Below, piece after piece: positions 1 through 8,462 of a stretch of DNA of 17,514 nt. A model generated the notes under the pieces. It made no database searches, was not told the DNA's origin, and worked only from the letters and a program-made list of their open reading frames with translations. Numbering within the stretch: the first letter of the stretch is position 1; every line of letters begins with the position of its first letter. The stretch lies in contig JBBDYC010000002.1 of assembly GCA_040901985.1 (NCBI GenBank), forward strand, positions 4,349-21,862, read 5' to 3'. A program made the position numbers and the translations under genes. Source of the DNA: Gemmatimonadaceae bacterium. Its GTDB lineage: Bacteria > Gemmatimonadota > Gemmatimonadetes > Gemmatimonadales > Gemmatimonadaceae.

Positions 1-38
1 GGGGGGGGGGGGGCCGCGTCCGTTTGACTAGACTGGGC

Positions 39-365
39 TCAGGCGGAGAGCGGGAGTTCCATCTGGTGACGCCCGCCGCGCCGCGTCAGCGCCGGCGGCG
101 TCGCCGGAGCGCGAGCCGAATCGGGCGCCTCGGGTTGGTCTCCCGGCGCCGGAGCATCACGCAGCAACTCGGCCGTCCGGAAGCGGAACTGCATCGTGCG
201 GAGCGGCGCGGTGAGCGTCCCGCGGCGAGCGGTGGTGATTGCGCGGGCCTCGGCGCGCACCTCGTCGGGCAGCAACCGTGCGAGGGGATGGGCCAACAAC
301 CGGGCAGACTCCTCGGCGTCTCGTACCGTAAGTGCGGCGATCAGGGCGTCCAGGTAGACAAGCAT
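39..365 (-). CDS. Hypothetical protein (108 aa): helical N-terminus, Pro/Ala-rich linker, C-terminal QMELPL motif
   Basis: ORF track gives 39..401. The ATG at 365 has a strong SD (AAAGGAGGG-ACGAA-ATG; GGAGG at 376-372), so the start was moved there. Codon usage is like the host genes. Confidence 0.8.
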   Translation of the reverse strand: MLVYLDALIAALTVRDAEESARLLAHPLARLLPDEVRAEARAITTARRGTLTAPLRTMQFRFRTAELLRDAPAPGDQPEAPDSARAPATPPALTRRGGRHQMELPLSA

Positions 366-472
366 TTCGTCCCTCCTTTGGCCGTTAGGCACACCTTGCA
401 ACTAATACTACCCGCCAGCCGACAATTCGTGTCACCGTTCCGTACCGAGCCGGTACACATTCCCGCGCGCCG

Positions 473-1120
473 TCAGGCGAGCAGCGCGAAGCGGACGGGG
501 CGGGAGCCGCGCTGGCGGCGGGGCGCGTAGCGATAGAGCTGGGCCGGCCGGCCGCGCCCCTCGGTGCGCCATTCCTCGAGCGGCTCCACCAGGAACGCGC
601 CCTGCAGCGCCCGCCGAAAGCTCGCCTTGTGCAGCCGACGGCCGAGGAGCAGCTCGTACAGCGCCTGCAGTTCCCCGAGCGTGAAGGCCGCCGGGAGCAG
701 CCGGAACGCAATCGGCTCGACGTCCATCCGGTCGCGCAGGGTGGCGATGGCCGCCACCATCCCGCGTTGCTGTCGCGTGCCGAACGCGCCCGCCGCCGGA
801 AGCCGATGCCATAAGTGCCCGGGTGGCGCGTCCGTCCCCGCCGGGACCACCGCGACGTAGCCGACCGAGAGCGGGGCGAGCGACGGATGCCGGGACGTAT
901 CGCTGGACGCGCCAAGCTGCGTCCTCCAGCCGGGGGCGCGGCCGAGCGTCGTTCGGGCCAGCCGCGCCGCGACGGTATCGAGCCCCTCGCCGGCGCCGAG
1001 CAGGCGCCACGGCAAGGCGGACCTTCCGCCGCGCCCCGCCCCCGCGCCGAGCACGGCCAGCGCACCGCCGACAACGGTGAAACAGATCAGGTCAATCGCG
1101 GTGGCGAAACGGTCGGGCAT
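473..1120 (-). CDS. nrtR: NrtR-family transcriptional regulator (degenerate Nudix domain + C-terminal winged HTH)
   Basis: Nudix-like N-terminus (AIDLICFTV...ALPW...SVGYVAVV). C-terminus FTLGELQALYELLLGRRLHKASFRR...EGRGRPAQLYRY is typical of the NrtR wHTH. A palindromic operator lies directly upstream. Confidence 0.85.
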   Translation of the reverse strand: MPDRFATAIDLICFTVVGGALAVLGAGAGRGGRSALPWRLLGAGEGLDTVAARLARTTLGRAPGWRTQLGASSDTSRHPSLAPLSVGYVAVVPAGTDAPPGHLWHRLPAAGAFGTRQQRGMVAAIATLRDRMDVEPIAFRLLPAAFTLGELQALYELLLGRRLHKASFRRALQGAFLVEPLEEWRTEGRGRPAQLYRYAPRRQRGSRPVRFALLA

Positions 1121-1130
1121 GACCCTGCAA

Positions 1131-1151
1131 TTAGTATCCGCACGATACTAA
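1131..1151. promoter_or_regulatory. 21-bp palindromic operator (probable NrtR box, autoregulation)
   Basis: TTAGTATC-CGCAC-GATACTAA is a perfect 8-bp inverted repeat with a 5-bp spacer, AT-rich in a GC-rich background. It lies 10 bp upstream of the nrtR ATG and directly downstream of a minus-strand TTGACT (1157-1152). Confidence 0.8.
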
Positions 1152-1170
1152 AGTCAAGCCGCCCGCGCGG

Positions 1171-1449
1171 TCAGTGCGAGATGGTCCCCTGCTTGGACGT
1201 GTCCACGTCGTCCTGCTCGCCCGTCCGGAACAGGAACGCCTCCATGTTCCGCGTCAGGAACTGCCGGGCCTGCGGGTCCATCACGTTGAGGCCGTAGTGG
1301 TTGATCAGCATCGTCTGCTGCTTCAACCAGAGTTGCCAGCACTCCGGACAGGTCCCCTCGAGGATCCGGGCGCCGATCGCGCCGGGAAATGGCGGCCGCT
1401 CGAATCCAGTCTTGGTCCCGCCGCACTTCCGGCAGGTGATCTCAGCCAT
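1171..1449 (-). CDS. yggX: YggX-family oxidative damage protection / Fe(II)-trafficking protein
   Basis: PPFPGAIGARI...WQLWLKQQTMLINHYGLN...ARQFL...MEAFLF matches the YggX pattern. GGAG SD upstream. Confidence 0.9.
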   Translation of the reverse strand: MAEITCRKCGGTKTGFERPPFPGAIGARILEGTCPECWQLWLKQQTMLINHYGLNVMDPQARQFLTRNMEAFLFRTGEQDDVDTSKQGTISH

Positions 1450-1486
1450 CGTCGCGCACTCCGTGCCCCATCGGTGAAGTTGGAAT

Positions 1487-2398
1487 CTACACTGCCGCGC
1501 GACGCCCGGCGTCGGGCATCGGTTCAGCGTCGAAGTGCTCGGCGAGCCACGCCGCGGCCCGCGTGGCCACCGTTTCCCATCCGTAGTCCAGCGTCAGCAC
1601 GTGACCGGCGCCCTCGACCCATCGCACCGTGCGGTCCTTGGCGCCGAGCCGGGTGAAGGCGCGTTTGCTCTGGTCGCGCGGCAACCGGTTGTCCTCCTCC
1701 GACTGCTGGATCAGGGTCGGGGCCTTGACGAAGCCCAGCCGCACGATCGATCCCTCGGCAATGCCTTCCAGCGCCTCCAGCGACCGCCGGGTCGAGTAGC
1801 CGTAGGCGATCAGTCGCCGGCGCGCCTCGGGATTGCGGATCGAGCGCCCGCTTCCGCCGCCGATGTACTTCGAGAGCAGCGACCAGAGCCGTGCCGTGCT
1901 CACCGCCACCTGCATCGGCCGCGGCACGAAGAGCATCGGCGCAAAAAGTACCACCGCGTCGGCGTCCCCCTCGGCGGCCAGCCAGCAGGCGAGCGCACCC
2001 CCCATCGAGAGTCCGCCGACGACCACCGTCCGATACTTCGCGCGCAACTCGGCGTACTCCTGCCGAACCTCCCAGAGCACGTCGTCGCTCGTCCAGCGGT
2101 CGAACGCCTCGAGGGAGCGGCCGTGGCCCGGAAGCAGCGGGAGCCGGACCGTCCACCCGGCGTCGGCCAGCACGCGCCCGATCCCGTCGAGCGACGTCGG
2201 CGAGTCGTTGTAGCCGTGGATGAGGAGGATCGCCCGTGATCTGCTCCGCTCATACGTCCGCGCCTCCGCCCCGATGATCACGCCCTCGGCATTCACCGGA
2301 TGCCGCGCGCGGAAGGCCGCCTCCATCCGCGCCGCACGGAGCGCGCGCTGCGCCCAGAGCGCGCCGACGACCGCGGCCGTCCAGAGGAGCGTCGTCAC
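1487..2398 (-). CDS. Alpha/beta-hydrolase carboxylesterase (Est30/YvaK-like) with a hydrophobic N-terminus
   Basis: LLIHGY oxyanion motif, LPGHG, nucleophile elbow GLSMGG, candidate Asp (SEEDN) and His (GAGH). GTG start 5 bp after the moeB stop. Confidence 0.88.
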   Translation of the reverse strand: MTTLLWTAAVVGALWAQRALRAARMEAAFRARHPVNAEGVIIGAEARTYERSRSRAILLIHGYNDSPTSLDGIGRVLADAGWTVRLPLLPGHGRSLEAFDRWTSDDVLWEVRQEYAELRAKYRTVVVGGLSMGGALACWLAAEGDADAVVLFAPMLFVPRPMQVAVSTARLWSLLSKYIGGGSGRSIRNPEARRRLIAYGYSTRRSLEALEGIAEGSIVRLGFVKAPTLIQQSEEDNRLPRDQSKRAFTRLGAKDRTVRWVEGAGHVLTLDYGWETVATRAAAWLAEHFDAEPMPDAGRRAAV

Positions 2399-2403
2399 GA
2401 TCG

Positions 2404-3573
2404 TCAGTAGCGCGGGACGCCCGGGTCCACCTCGACGCTCCAGCGGTCGATCCCGCCCGTCACGTTCAGCACGCGCGCGTGGCCGGACGCCCGGAGGTAG
2501 TCGGCGACCATCGCGCTCCGTGACCCGTGATGGCAGAGCACCGCAATCGCGCGGTCATCCGGCAGGAGCGCCTGCTGGGCCGGCACCATCGCCATCGGCA
2601 CGTGCATCGCGCCCGTGATGGACGCCAGCGCGACCTCCCACTCCTCGCGCACGTCGAGCAGCACCAGGGACTCGCCGTGGGCAAGACGCGCGGCGAGCGC
2701 CGCGGGCGTGAGGGACGTCGCGTCGTCCGGCGCGTCGTCGCCAGTCGCGGCGTCCGCCGACGGCGACGTGTCTGGTCCCTCGCCGCAGAAGACGGCGTAG
2801 TCGTCAAGCAGTTCTGTGCGCTCGCGTGTGCCACACCACGGACAGGCGGGGTCGCGCGCCACCTCCACCGTCTGGAATCGCATCGTCAAGGCATCCACCA
2901 CCAACAGGCGGCCGACGAGCGGGGTGCCGATCCCCAGGAGGAGTTTCAGCGCCTCGGTGGCCTGGAGCGTCCCCATCAGCCCGGGCAGCACCCCGAGCAC
3001 GCCGCCCTCGGCACAGCTCGGCACGCTTCCCGGCGGCGGCGGCTCCGGATGCAGGCAGCGATAGCACGGCCCCTCGGCCGAGCCGAAGACCGAGAGCTGG
3101 CCCTCGAAGCGATGGACGCTCGCGTGGACATTCGGCTTCCGCTCGAGGAGCGCGGCGTCGTTCACGAGATAACGCGTTGCGAACCGATCGGTGCCGTCGA
3201 GCACCACGTCGTAGTCGGCGATGATGCCGCGCGCGTTGTCGCGCGTCAGGAGCGTCTGCCAGGTCTCGATGGCGACGTGGGGGTTGAGCCCCTCGAGCCG
3301 CGCTCGGGCCGAGTCAGTCTTTGGGGTGGCGACCGCGGCGGTGTCGTGCAGCACCTGCCGCTGGAGGTTGTGCAGCGCCACCCGGTCGTGATCCACCAGC
3401 CCGAGTCGCCCGACGCCCGCTGCCGCGAGGTATAACGCCGCCGGCGAGCCGAGCCCGCCGAGGCCGATGATCAGGGCCGACGACGCGCGCAGACGCTCCT
3501 GCCCGTCGCGCCCGACCTGCGGGAGCGCGAGATGGCGCGCGTAGCGCTGGAGTTCGTCGCCCGAGAGCGGCAT
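2404..3573 (-). CDS. moeB: Molybdopterin/thiamine sulfur-carrier adenylyltransferase MoeB fused to rhodanese (MoeZ-type)
   Basis: RYARHL, GLGGLG, NLQRQ, Zn motifs CYRC and CPWC, PSCAEGGVLG, rhodanese LLDVRE...CHHGSRS. Start set at ATG 3573 (MPLSGDELQRY); the upstream ORF extension looks spurious. Confidence 0.93.
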   Translation of the reverse strand: MPLSGDELQRYARHLALPQVGRDGQERLRASSALIIGLGGLGSPAALYLAAAGVGRLGLVDHDRVALHNLQRQVLHDTAAVATPKTDSARARLEGLNPHVAIETWQTLLTRDNARGIIADYDVVLDGTDRFATRYLVNDAALLERKPNVHASVHRFEGQLSVFGSAEGPCYRCLHPEPPPPGSVPSCAEGGVLGVLPGLMGTLQATEALKLLLGIGTPLVGRLLVVDALTMRFQTVEVARDPACPWCGTRERTELLDDYAVFCGEGPDTSPSADAATGDDAPDDATSLTPAALAARLAHGESLVLLDVREEWEVALASITGAMHVPMAMVPAQQALLPDDRAIAVLCHHGSRSAMVADYLRASGHARVLNVTGGIDRWSVEVDPGVPRY

Positions 3574-3585
3574 GGCGAGAATATA

Positions 3586-3639
3586 CGCGAGGGGACATCG
3601 CGGGTCCGTGCGTCGGACGCCAGGCGATGCCCCCTCGCG
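3586..3639 (-). terminator. Long stem-loop between the M28 peptidase gene and moeB; possible intrinsic terminator
   Basis: Arms 3586-3601 and 3624-3639 pair at 15/16 positions (the mismatch is G-U on the minus strand). Inner GTCCG/CGGAC hairpin. Followed on the minus strand by TATATTCT. Confidence 0.55.
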
Positions 3640-3712
3640 ATCGCGGGAGTGGTCCCGGAACCACCCCCGCTCTCCCTCCAGACGCGCCACGCGCGCCGGG
3701 GGAAACCTGCGA

Positions 3713-5869
3713 CTACCGTTCGCCGCGCACCGCGCGCCGCGCGTTCTCCAACTCCGCCGTTGCGGCGTCGAACCGACGGACGAGATCCGCGAGTTCCGAG
3801 GCGAGGCTTGCCTCCGTCCCATAGCGGATCGCTTCGTTCACCGACGGGAACACCATCGTGCCGTAGCCATTATCGACATCCGCCACGTATATGAGATTCC
3901 TATACCAAGGCCGTGTGCGCAAGCCCTCCGGCCTCGTGAGTTTCCGTTCGACCTCGCGCAGCGCGGCATTCGCGGCCACCTGACGCGCTCTCGGCAGGTC
4001 GCCGGTGAGCGCCGAATCGCGCGCTGCGGCAAAGGTTCGCGCTACTCCCTCCATCCGGTCAATCGCCTCGGCGAGCGGCGCCGACGTCCCGCGCCAACCC
4101 TTCGCCGCCAGCGCGCGATCGATTGGCGCCAGGTAGCGCCGCATCGTGGTCGCGAACTCCACGTAGTCGTAAGGATGGATGTCGGCGTTGGCGAGTCGCA
4201 TCACCATCGCCGCGCCGATGCGCGCCGCCGTGGCGTGATAGCGATATCCGGGATCGCCGAACCGCTCCATGAACGTGTAAGTGTCGTAGTTCGAGTGGTA
4301 GATCCCGTTCGCGCCGCCGAAGCCCCAGTCGGAGTGCGGGATGCCGAGGTGATTGTAGAATCCGGCGAAGTCCGAACCGCCGCCGGGGTCGCCCATCGCC
4401 GGCTCGGCGCCCTCCGCCACCGCCGTCCGGTCACGCCAGACGGCGTAGACGCTTCCGGCGCCCGACGGATCGGGCACGCTCCGCGCCACGTCGCGCAGCA
4501 GCGCGCGGAGACTCGGCGTACCCCCGCCACCGAACGAGGGGCCGCTCGCCGACGCATCCTGGTTGAGGTAGGCCACCGCGCCGCGCAGCAGGCGGAGGGA
4601 ATCGTCCTCGACGTACTCGCTCGACCCGATCAGTCCCCACTCCTCGGCATCCCAGGTCGCAAAGACGAGCGTGCGGCGCGGACGCCACCCAGCGCGCATC
4701 TGTTCCGCCACCGCGCGCGCCGCCTCGACCACGCTGACCGTGCCCGACACGTTGTCCACCGCGCCCGGACCCCACGCGTCGCGGTGCGCGCCGATGACGA
4801 CGATCTCGTCCGGAAAATCGGTGCCGCGGACCACGCCGTAGGTGTTCCAGATCGGCTTGATCGCGGCCGTCGCCGAGTCGCTGCGCACCAGCACGCGCGC
4901 GCGTACCGGCCCCGGACCGACGTGGTAACGGAAGGCGAGGCCGCCCTGCCAGGTCTGCGGAATGGAGGCGCCGCGCAGGTCCCGCAGCAGTTCCACCGCG
5001 TTGCCGTACGCGAGCGGGAGCACGGGAATGCGCGGCACCGGCATCGAATCGAGGGGGATCCGGCGGGCACCGGCACGCGACGGATAGCCCGGCGTGGACG
5101 GGTCGCCGGCACCGTTCATCACGCTGCCGCGCTGCACGCCGCGCTCGTTGCGGAACGGACCTTCCGGATACACGTCGCCGCGGACATAGCCGTCGTCCGC
5201 CGGGTCCGAGTACATCATCAGGGCCAGGGCGCCGCGCCTCTCCGCCTCGCGCGCCTTGATCCCGCGGAATGAGCGACCATAGCGGGCGATCGCGATCTTC
5301 CCTCGCACCGAGACGCCGAGCGAGTCGAGCTGCGCATAGTCCTCGATGAGGCCGTAGTTCACGTAGACCACCTCGCCGGTGACGTCCCCAGTGCCGCTAT
5401 AGCCATTCACCGTCGGGTACTCCGGGTGCAGCAGCGTCGTCGGATCCTCCGGTACGCTCCCCTCGCCGAGCGAGAGCTCCTTCGGGTCGGGGTGGATGCG
5501 CCAGATGCCGTACTCCACCGTGTGCGGGAGCCAGACGTGGTACTCACGGACCTCGGTGGGGAGTCCGGCGGCGCGCATCGCGGCGAGCACGAGGTCGCGC
5601 GTTCTCGCCTGCGCGGGGGTGCCGGCCACGTGCGGCCGGTCGGCGAGGGCGCGGGCCAAGGCCCGTGCGCGCGCCGTGTCGGGGCGCGCGATTGCCGCCG
5701 CCTGGGCCGCGCGTTCCGCCGCCGTGCGGGCAGCGGCGAATCCGGTCATCGCCTGCGCGCCGAGCGGTACCGCTGAGGCCGACGTCAACGCGAACATCGT
5801 GAGCGGTGCGAGCATCACGAGGGCACAGTGGGCGCGCCGGGCGCGCGCCGGGATCACCGGAGCGATCAT
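3713..5869 (-). CDS. Secreted M28 family peptidase (glutamate carboxypeptidase II / NAALADase-like; PA and TfR-dimerisation-like domains)
   Basis: PA domain (VYVNYG...GKIAIARYG...YSDPADDG). Zn/catalytic motifs GAHRDAW, GAVDN, WDAEEWG, YLNQD, GGGSDF, YHSNYD; C-terminal RPWYRNLIY. Signal-peptide-like N-terminus. Start placed at ATG 5869, downstream of the AKR stop; the exact start is uncertain. Confidence 0.9.
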   Translation of the reverse strand: MIAPVIPARARRAHCALVMLAPLTMFALTSASAVPLGAQAMTGFAAARTAAERAAQAAAIARPDTARARALARALADRPHVAGTPAQARTRDLVLAAMRAAGLPTEVREYHVWLPHTVEYGIWRIHPDPKELSLGEGSVPEDPTTLLHPEYPTVNGYSGTGDVTGEVVYVNYGLIEDYAQLDSLGVSVRGKIAIARYGRSFRGIKAREAERRGALALMMYSDPADDGYVRGDVYPEGPFRNERGVQRGSVMNGAGDPSTPGYPSRAGARRIPLDSMPVPRIPVLPLAYGNAVELLRDLRGASIPQTWQGGLAFRYHVGPGPVRARVLVRSDSATAAIKPIWNTYGVVRGTDFPDEIVVIGAHRDAWGPGAVDNVSGTVSVVEAARAVAEQMRAGWRPRRTLVFATWDAEEWGLIGSSEYVEDDSLRLLRGAVAYLNQDASASGPSFGGGGTPSLRALLRDVARSVPDPSGAGSVYAVWRDRTAVAEGAEPAMGDPGGGSDFAGFYNHLGIPHSDWGFGGANGIYHSNYDTYTFMERFGDPGYRYHATAARIGAAMVMRLANADIHPYDYVEFATTMRRYLAPIDRALAAKGWRGTSAPLAEAIDRMEGVARTFAAARDSALTGDLPRARQVAANAALREVERKLTRPEGLRTRPWYRNLIYVADVDNGYGTMVFPSVNEAIRYGTEASLASELADLVRRFDAATAELENARRAVRGER

Positions 5870-5886
5870 TGGACTGGGAGCTGGGG

Positions 5887-6792
5887 TCAAAAGCCGTGGG
5901 CCGCGCGGCCGGCGGCGGAATCGAACGCCTGCGTTGTCTTGTACCGCTCGAAGCGGCCGTCGCCCGCCATCGCGCGCGCCTTCTGGCGCACCGCATCCAT
6001 CTCCCCTGGGTGGAAGGGCTTGAAGTTCGTCGCCTGTCTCAGTGCCTTCTTCAGGAGCGGCAGTGCGGGGCACCCGACGAGCACCGTGCTCACCGGAAGC
6101 GACCAGACGTATCGGAATGCGTCCTCGACCTTCACGACCTTGCTCGTGGGAACCGACCCTCCGGCAAGCGGCTTGGTGCCGATCACCGCACCCCCGCGCC
6201 GGATCACCTCCGACAGGACCTGCTTCTCGAACGACCGGTACGAGCCGTCGAACGGGTTGAGCGGCATCAGGACCGCGTCCCACGCGAACCCTCGCGCGAG
6301 GAGCTTGAGCGCGATGTGCGGTGCCTTCTCGCCGTGAAAGGCGATCCAGCGCGCCTTCCCCTGGTCGCGCGCCTCCTGCGCCGCGTCGAGTCCGCCGTGA
6401 TCGTACATCCAGTCGGGATCGTTGTCGTAGATCACCTGATGGAACGACCAAAGGTCCACGCGGTCGGTCTTCAGCTGGGAGAGCGTCGCCTCCAGCTGCA
6501 GCATCGAGGTCTTGTAGTCGCGCTGGTAGGCGGCGCACTGCCAGACCAACTGCACCTTCGCGCGGTAGCCATCGCGCAACGCGAGCCCGACCCAGCGTTC
6601 GGCGCGCCCGCCGGCGAACCCTGGCGAGATCTCGAGGACGTTCACGCCATGGTCAATCGCCTCGCGGATCACGCGGATGGTCGCCTGCTGCCCCGACTCG
6701 GCCAACTGACGCGTGCCGAGTCCGAGGATGCTCGTCACGCCCCCAGTTCGGCCGAGCGCACGATGCTCCGGGGGCGGTGGAAATCGCTTCAT
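5887..6792 (-). CDS. Aldo/keto reductase family protein (catalytic tetrad apparently degenerate)
   Basis: RALGRTG..TSILGLG, LSQLKTDRVDL, GKARWI, MPLN and KPLAGG motifs of the AKR fold. ATG overlaps the upstream stop (TGATG at 6794-6790). Confidence 0.88.
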   Translation of the reverse strand: MKRFPPPPEHRALGRTGGVTSILGLGTRQLAESGQQATIRVIREAIDHGVNVLEISPGFAGGRAERWVGLALRDGYRAKVQLVWQCAAYQRDYKTSMLQLEATLSQLKTDRVDLWSFHQVIYDNDPDWMYDHGGLDAAQEARDQGKARWIAFHGEKAPHIALKLLARGFAWDAVLMPLNPFDGSYRSFEKQVLSEVIRRGGAVIGTKPLAGGSVPTSKVVKVEDAFRYVWSLPVSTVLVGCPALPLLKKALRQATNFKPFHPGEMDAVRQKARAMAGDGRFERYKTTQAFDSAAGRAAHGF

Positions 6793-8402
6793 CAGGGCCT
6801 CGGCGGGGTCAGCGACAGGACGCGCCCGTCGAGCGGCTCGAGCGGCGTCACTCCGAGCAACGCGGCGAGCGTCGGCGCCATGTCCACGACGCGGGCCGGC
6901 GTCGTTCGCGCGCCGGGTGTGATCCCGGTGCCCCAGAAGACAATCGGCACCAGCGCGTCGTAGTCGTGCGGCGACCCGTGCGTGGCGTAGGTCACGCTGG
7001 CGTGGTACGAGAACGGCGTGAAGGTCACCACCGCGCGCACCTCGGAGCTGGCGTCGAACATGTGCAGCCAGCGCCGGGCGAGATGGTCGGTGACCGTGTC
7101 GGCAGCGGCCAGGTCGGTCACGAGATCGGCGCGCAACACCCCGTTGAGCCGTCGCAGCTCGCGCACCCAGAGCGCGGCAAAGGCGTCGGGGTCGGCTCCC
7201 ACGCGGCGGAACGCCTCGGCGTCCACCACCCGGAACCCGTCGTCGAACATCACCGCAGCCGTGTCCACGCCCGCCTCGAGCATCCGTTCCTTGACGAAGC
7301 GCAGCGGTCCCATCACGTCCACTTTCTGGGCGGCGTGATTGGCGTAGTAGGGCGACCGCAGTTCCGGATACGGCGCCACGCCGTGGTCCGCCGTCAGCGC
7401 GATGACCACCCGCCGCCGGTCACGCAACGTGAAGAGCGAGTCGAGAAATTGGCCGAGGTAGCGGTCGAGCCGCAGGATCTGGTCGTGGATCTCGCGTGAG
7501 TCGGGCCCCCACCGATGGCCGACGGCATCCGTCGCCGAGAGCGAGATCGCCAAGAGGTCCGTCCGCCGCGCCGAGGCGCCCAGCCGGAGTTCGTCAACTC
7601 CCTCGAGGGCAAACTGCAGCGTCAGCGAATCCACCCACGGGAATCCGCTGTACGCGCCCGCCGCTCGGTCCGGATCGGACGGGGCGACGTGCGGGAAGGT
7701 GTAGCCGCGGCCATTCGACTCCCGCGGCACCGTGTCCGGCTCCGCGTAACGCTCGGGCGCCAGCAGCAGGTCCCACGCCTGCCCGGCGCTCTCGTGCGGC
7801 GCGCGCCGCGCGTTGAAGCGCGAGACCCATGTCGGGAGCGCGATCCGGTAGTAGGTGCTCGTGGTGAACGCGCCCTCGGATGTGAACCAGTACACCTCGG
7901 TCTTTGCGCTGCCGATCGGAAGGATGGCGCCGCGGTCCTTCCGCGACACCGAAAGCGCCCGGGTGCTCGGATCAACCGCGGTCATCCAGTCATAGAGGGT
8001 TGTCCCGACAAAACGGAACGGCGACGCGCCGAAGTCGTCGGACCCAATCAGCGGCGCATCGGTCGTGTTGACGCCCTGGGAGTTGCTCGAGATCCCGGTG
8101 CGCACCGGGAAGCGCCCGGACATCGTGCTTGCGTGCCCCGGCGCCGTCTCGGTGATGGCGTGGTCGTGCACGCCGCGCATCCAGACGGCGCCCTCGTTGC
8201 GCAGCCGGCCGAGTCCGCCGGGAAGGTTGGCGCCGTAGCGCTCGAGATAATCGCTCCCGAGCTGGTCCACGGTGATGAAGACGACGAGCGTCGGCCCGCC
8301 GGAGGACGCGAGCCGCGTGCCCGGCGGCGCGAGACCGGCGCACGCCACGGCAAGCGCGGAAAGAACGAGAGCGGAACGGAGCATTGGTGGACCGGGGGTC
8401 AT
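6792..8402 (-). CDS. Alkaline phosphatase family protein (PafA/PhoK-like), probably a lipoprotein or secreted
   Basis: TVDQ, TETAPGHA (Thr nucleophile), SRKDR, SATDAVGH, TADHG and THGSP motifs. N-terminus LVLSALAVAC resembles a lipoprotein signal. Alternative start ATG 8384. Confidence 0.9.
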   Translation of the reverse strand: MTPGPPMLRSALVLSALAVACAGLAPPGTRLASSGGPTLVVFITVDQLGSDYLERYGANLPGGLGRLRNEGAVWMRGVHDHAITETAPGHASTMSGRFPVRTGISSNSQGVNTTDAPLIGSDDFGASPFRFVGTTLYDWMTAVDPSTRALSVSRKDRGAILPIGSAKTEVYWFTSEGAFTTSTYYRIALPTWVSRFNARRAPHESAGQAWDLLLAPERYAEPDTVPRESNGRGYTFPHVAPSDPDRAAGAYSGFPWVDSLTLQFALEGVDELRLGASARRTDLLAISLSATDAVGHRWGPDSREIHDQILRLDRYLGQFLDSLFTLRDRRRVVIALTADHGVAPYPELRSPYYANHAAQKVDVMGPLRFVKERMLEAGVDTAAVMFDDGFRVVDAEAFRRVGADPDAFAALWVRELRRLNGVLRADLVTDLAAADTVTDHLARRWLHMFDASSEVRAVVTFTPFSYHASVTYATHGSPHDYDALVPIVFWGTGITPGARTTPARVVDMAPTLAALLGVTPLEPLDGRVLSLTPPRP

Positions 8403-8462
8403 TGGGCGCCCAAACGTTGCGCCGCGGTCCGCAATCCCACCAGAGGCGACCGGCCCCGAACG

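Noticed and set aside
1..27. Run of 13 G at the window start (possible G-quadruplex or phase-variable tract)
   Set aside because: It lies at the very end of the contig, inside what looks like a truncated terminator arm; most likely a sequencing or assembly artefact.
3713..5869. M28 peptidase as a substitute for the missing acetylornithine deacetylase ArgE
   Set aside because: It has a signal peptide and GCPII-like PA/TfR-dimer architecture; ArgE is a cytoplasmic M20 enzyme.
5870..6538. Apparent 941-aa N-terminally extended M28 peptidase (and similar extensions of moeB, argD, argB, argH)
   Set aside because: The extensions overlap neighbouring genes in another frame or run into intergenic DNA; better starts (GTGA overlaps, signal peptide, promoter position) lie downstream. 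They are not fusions.
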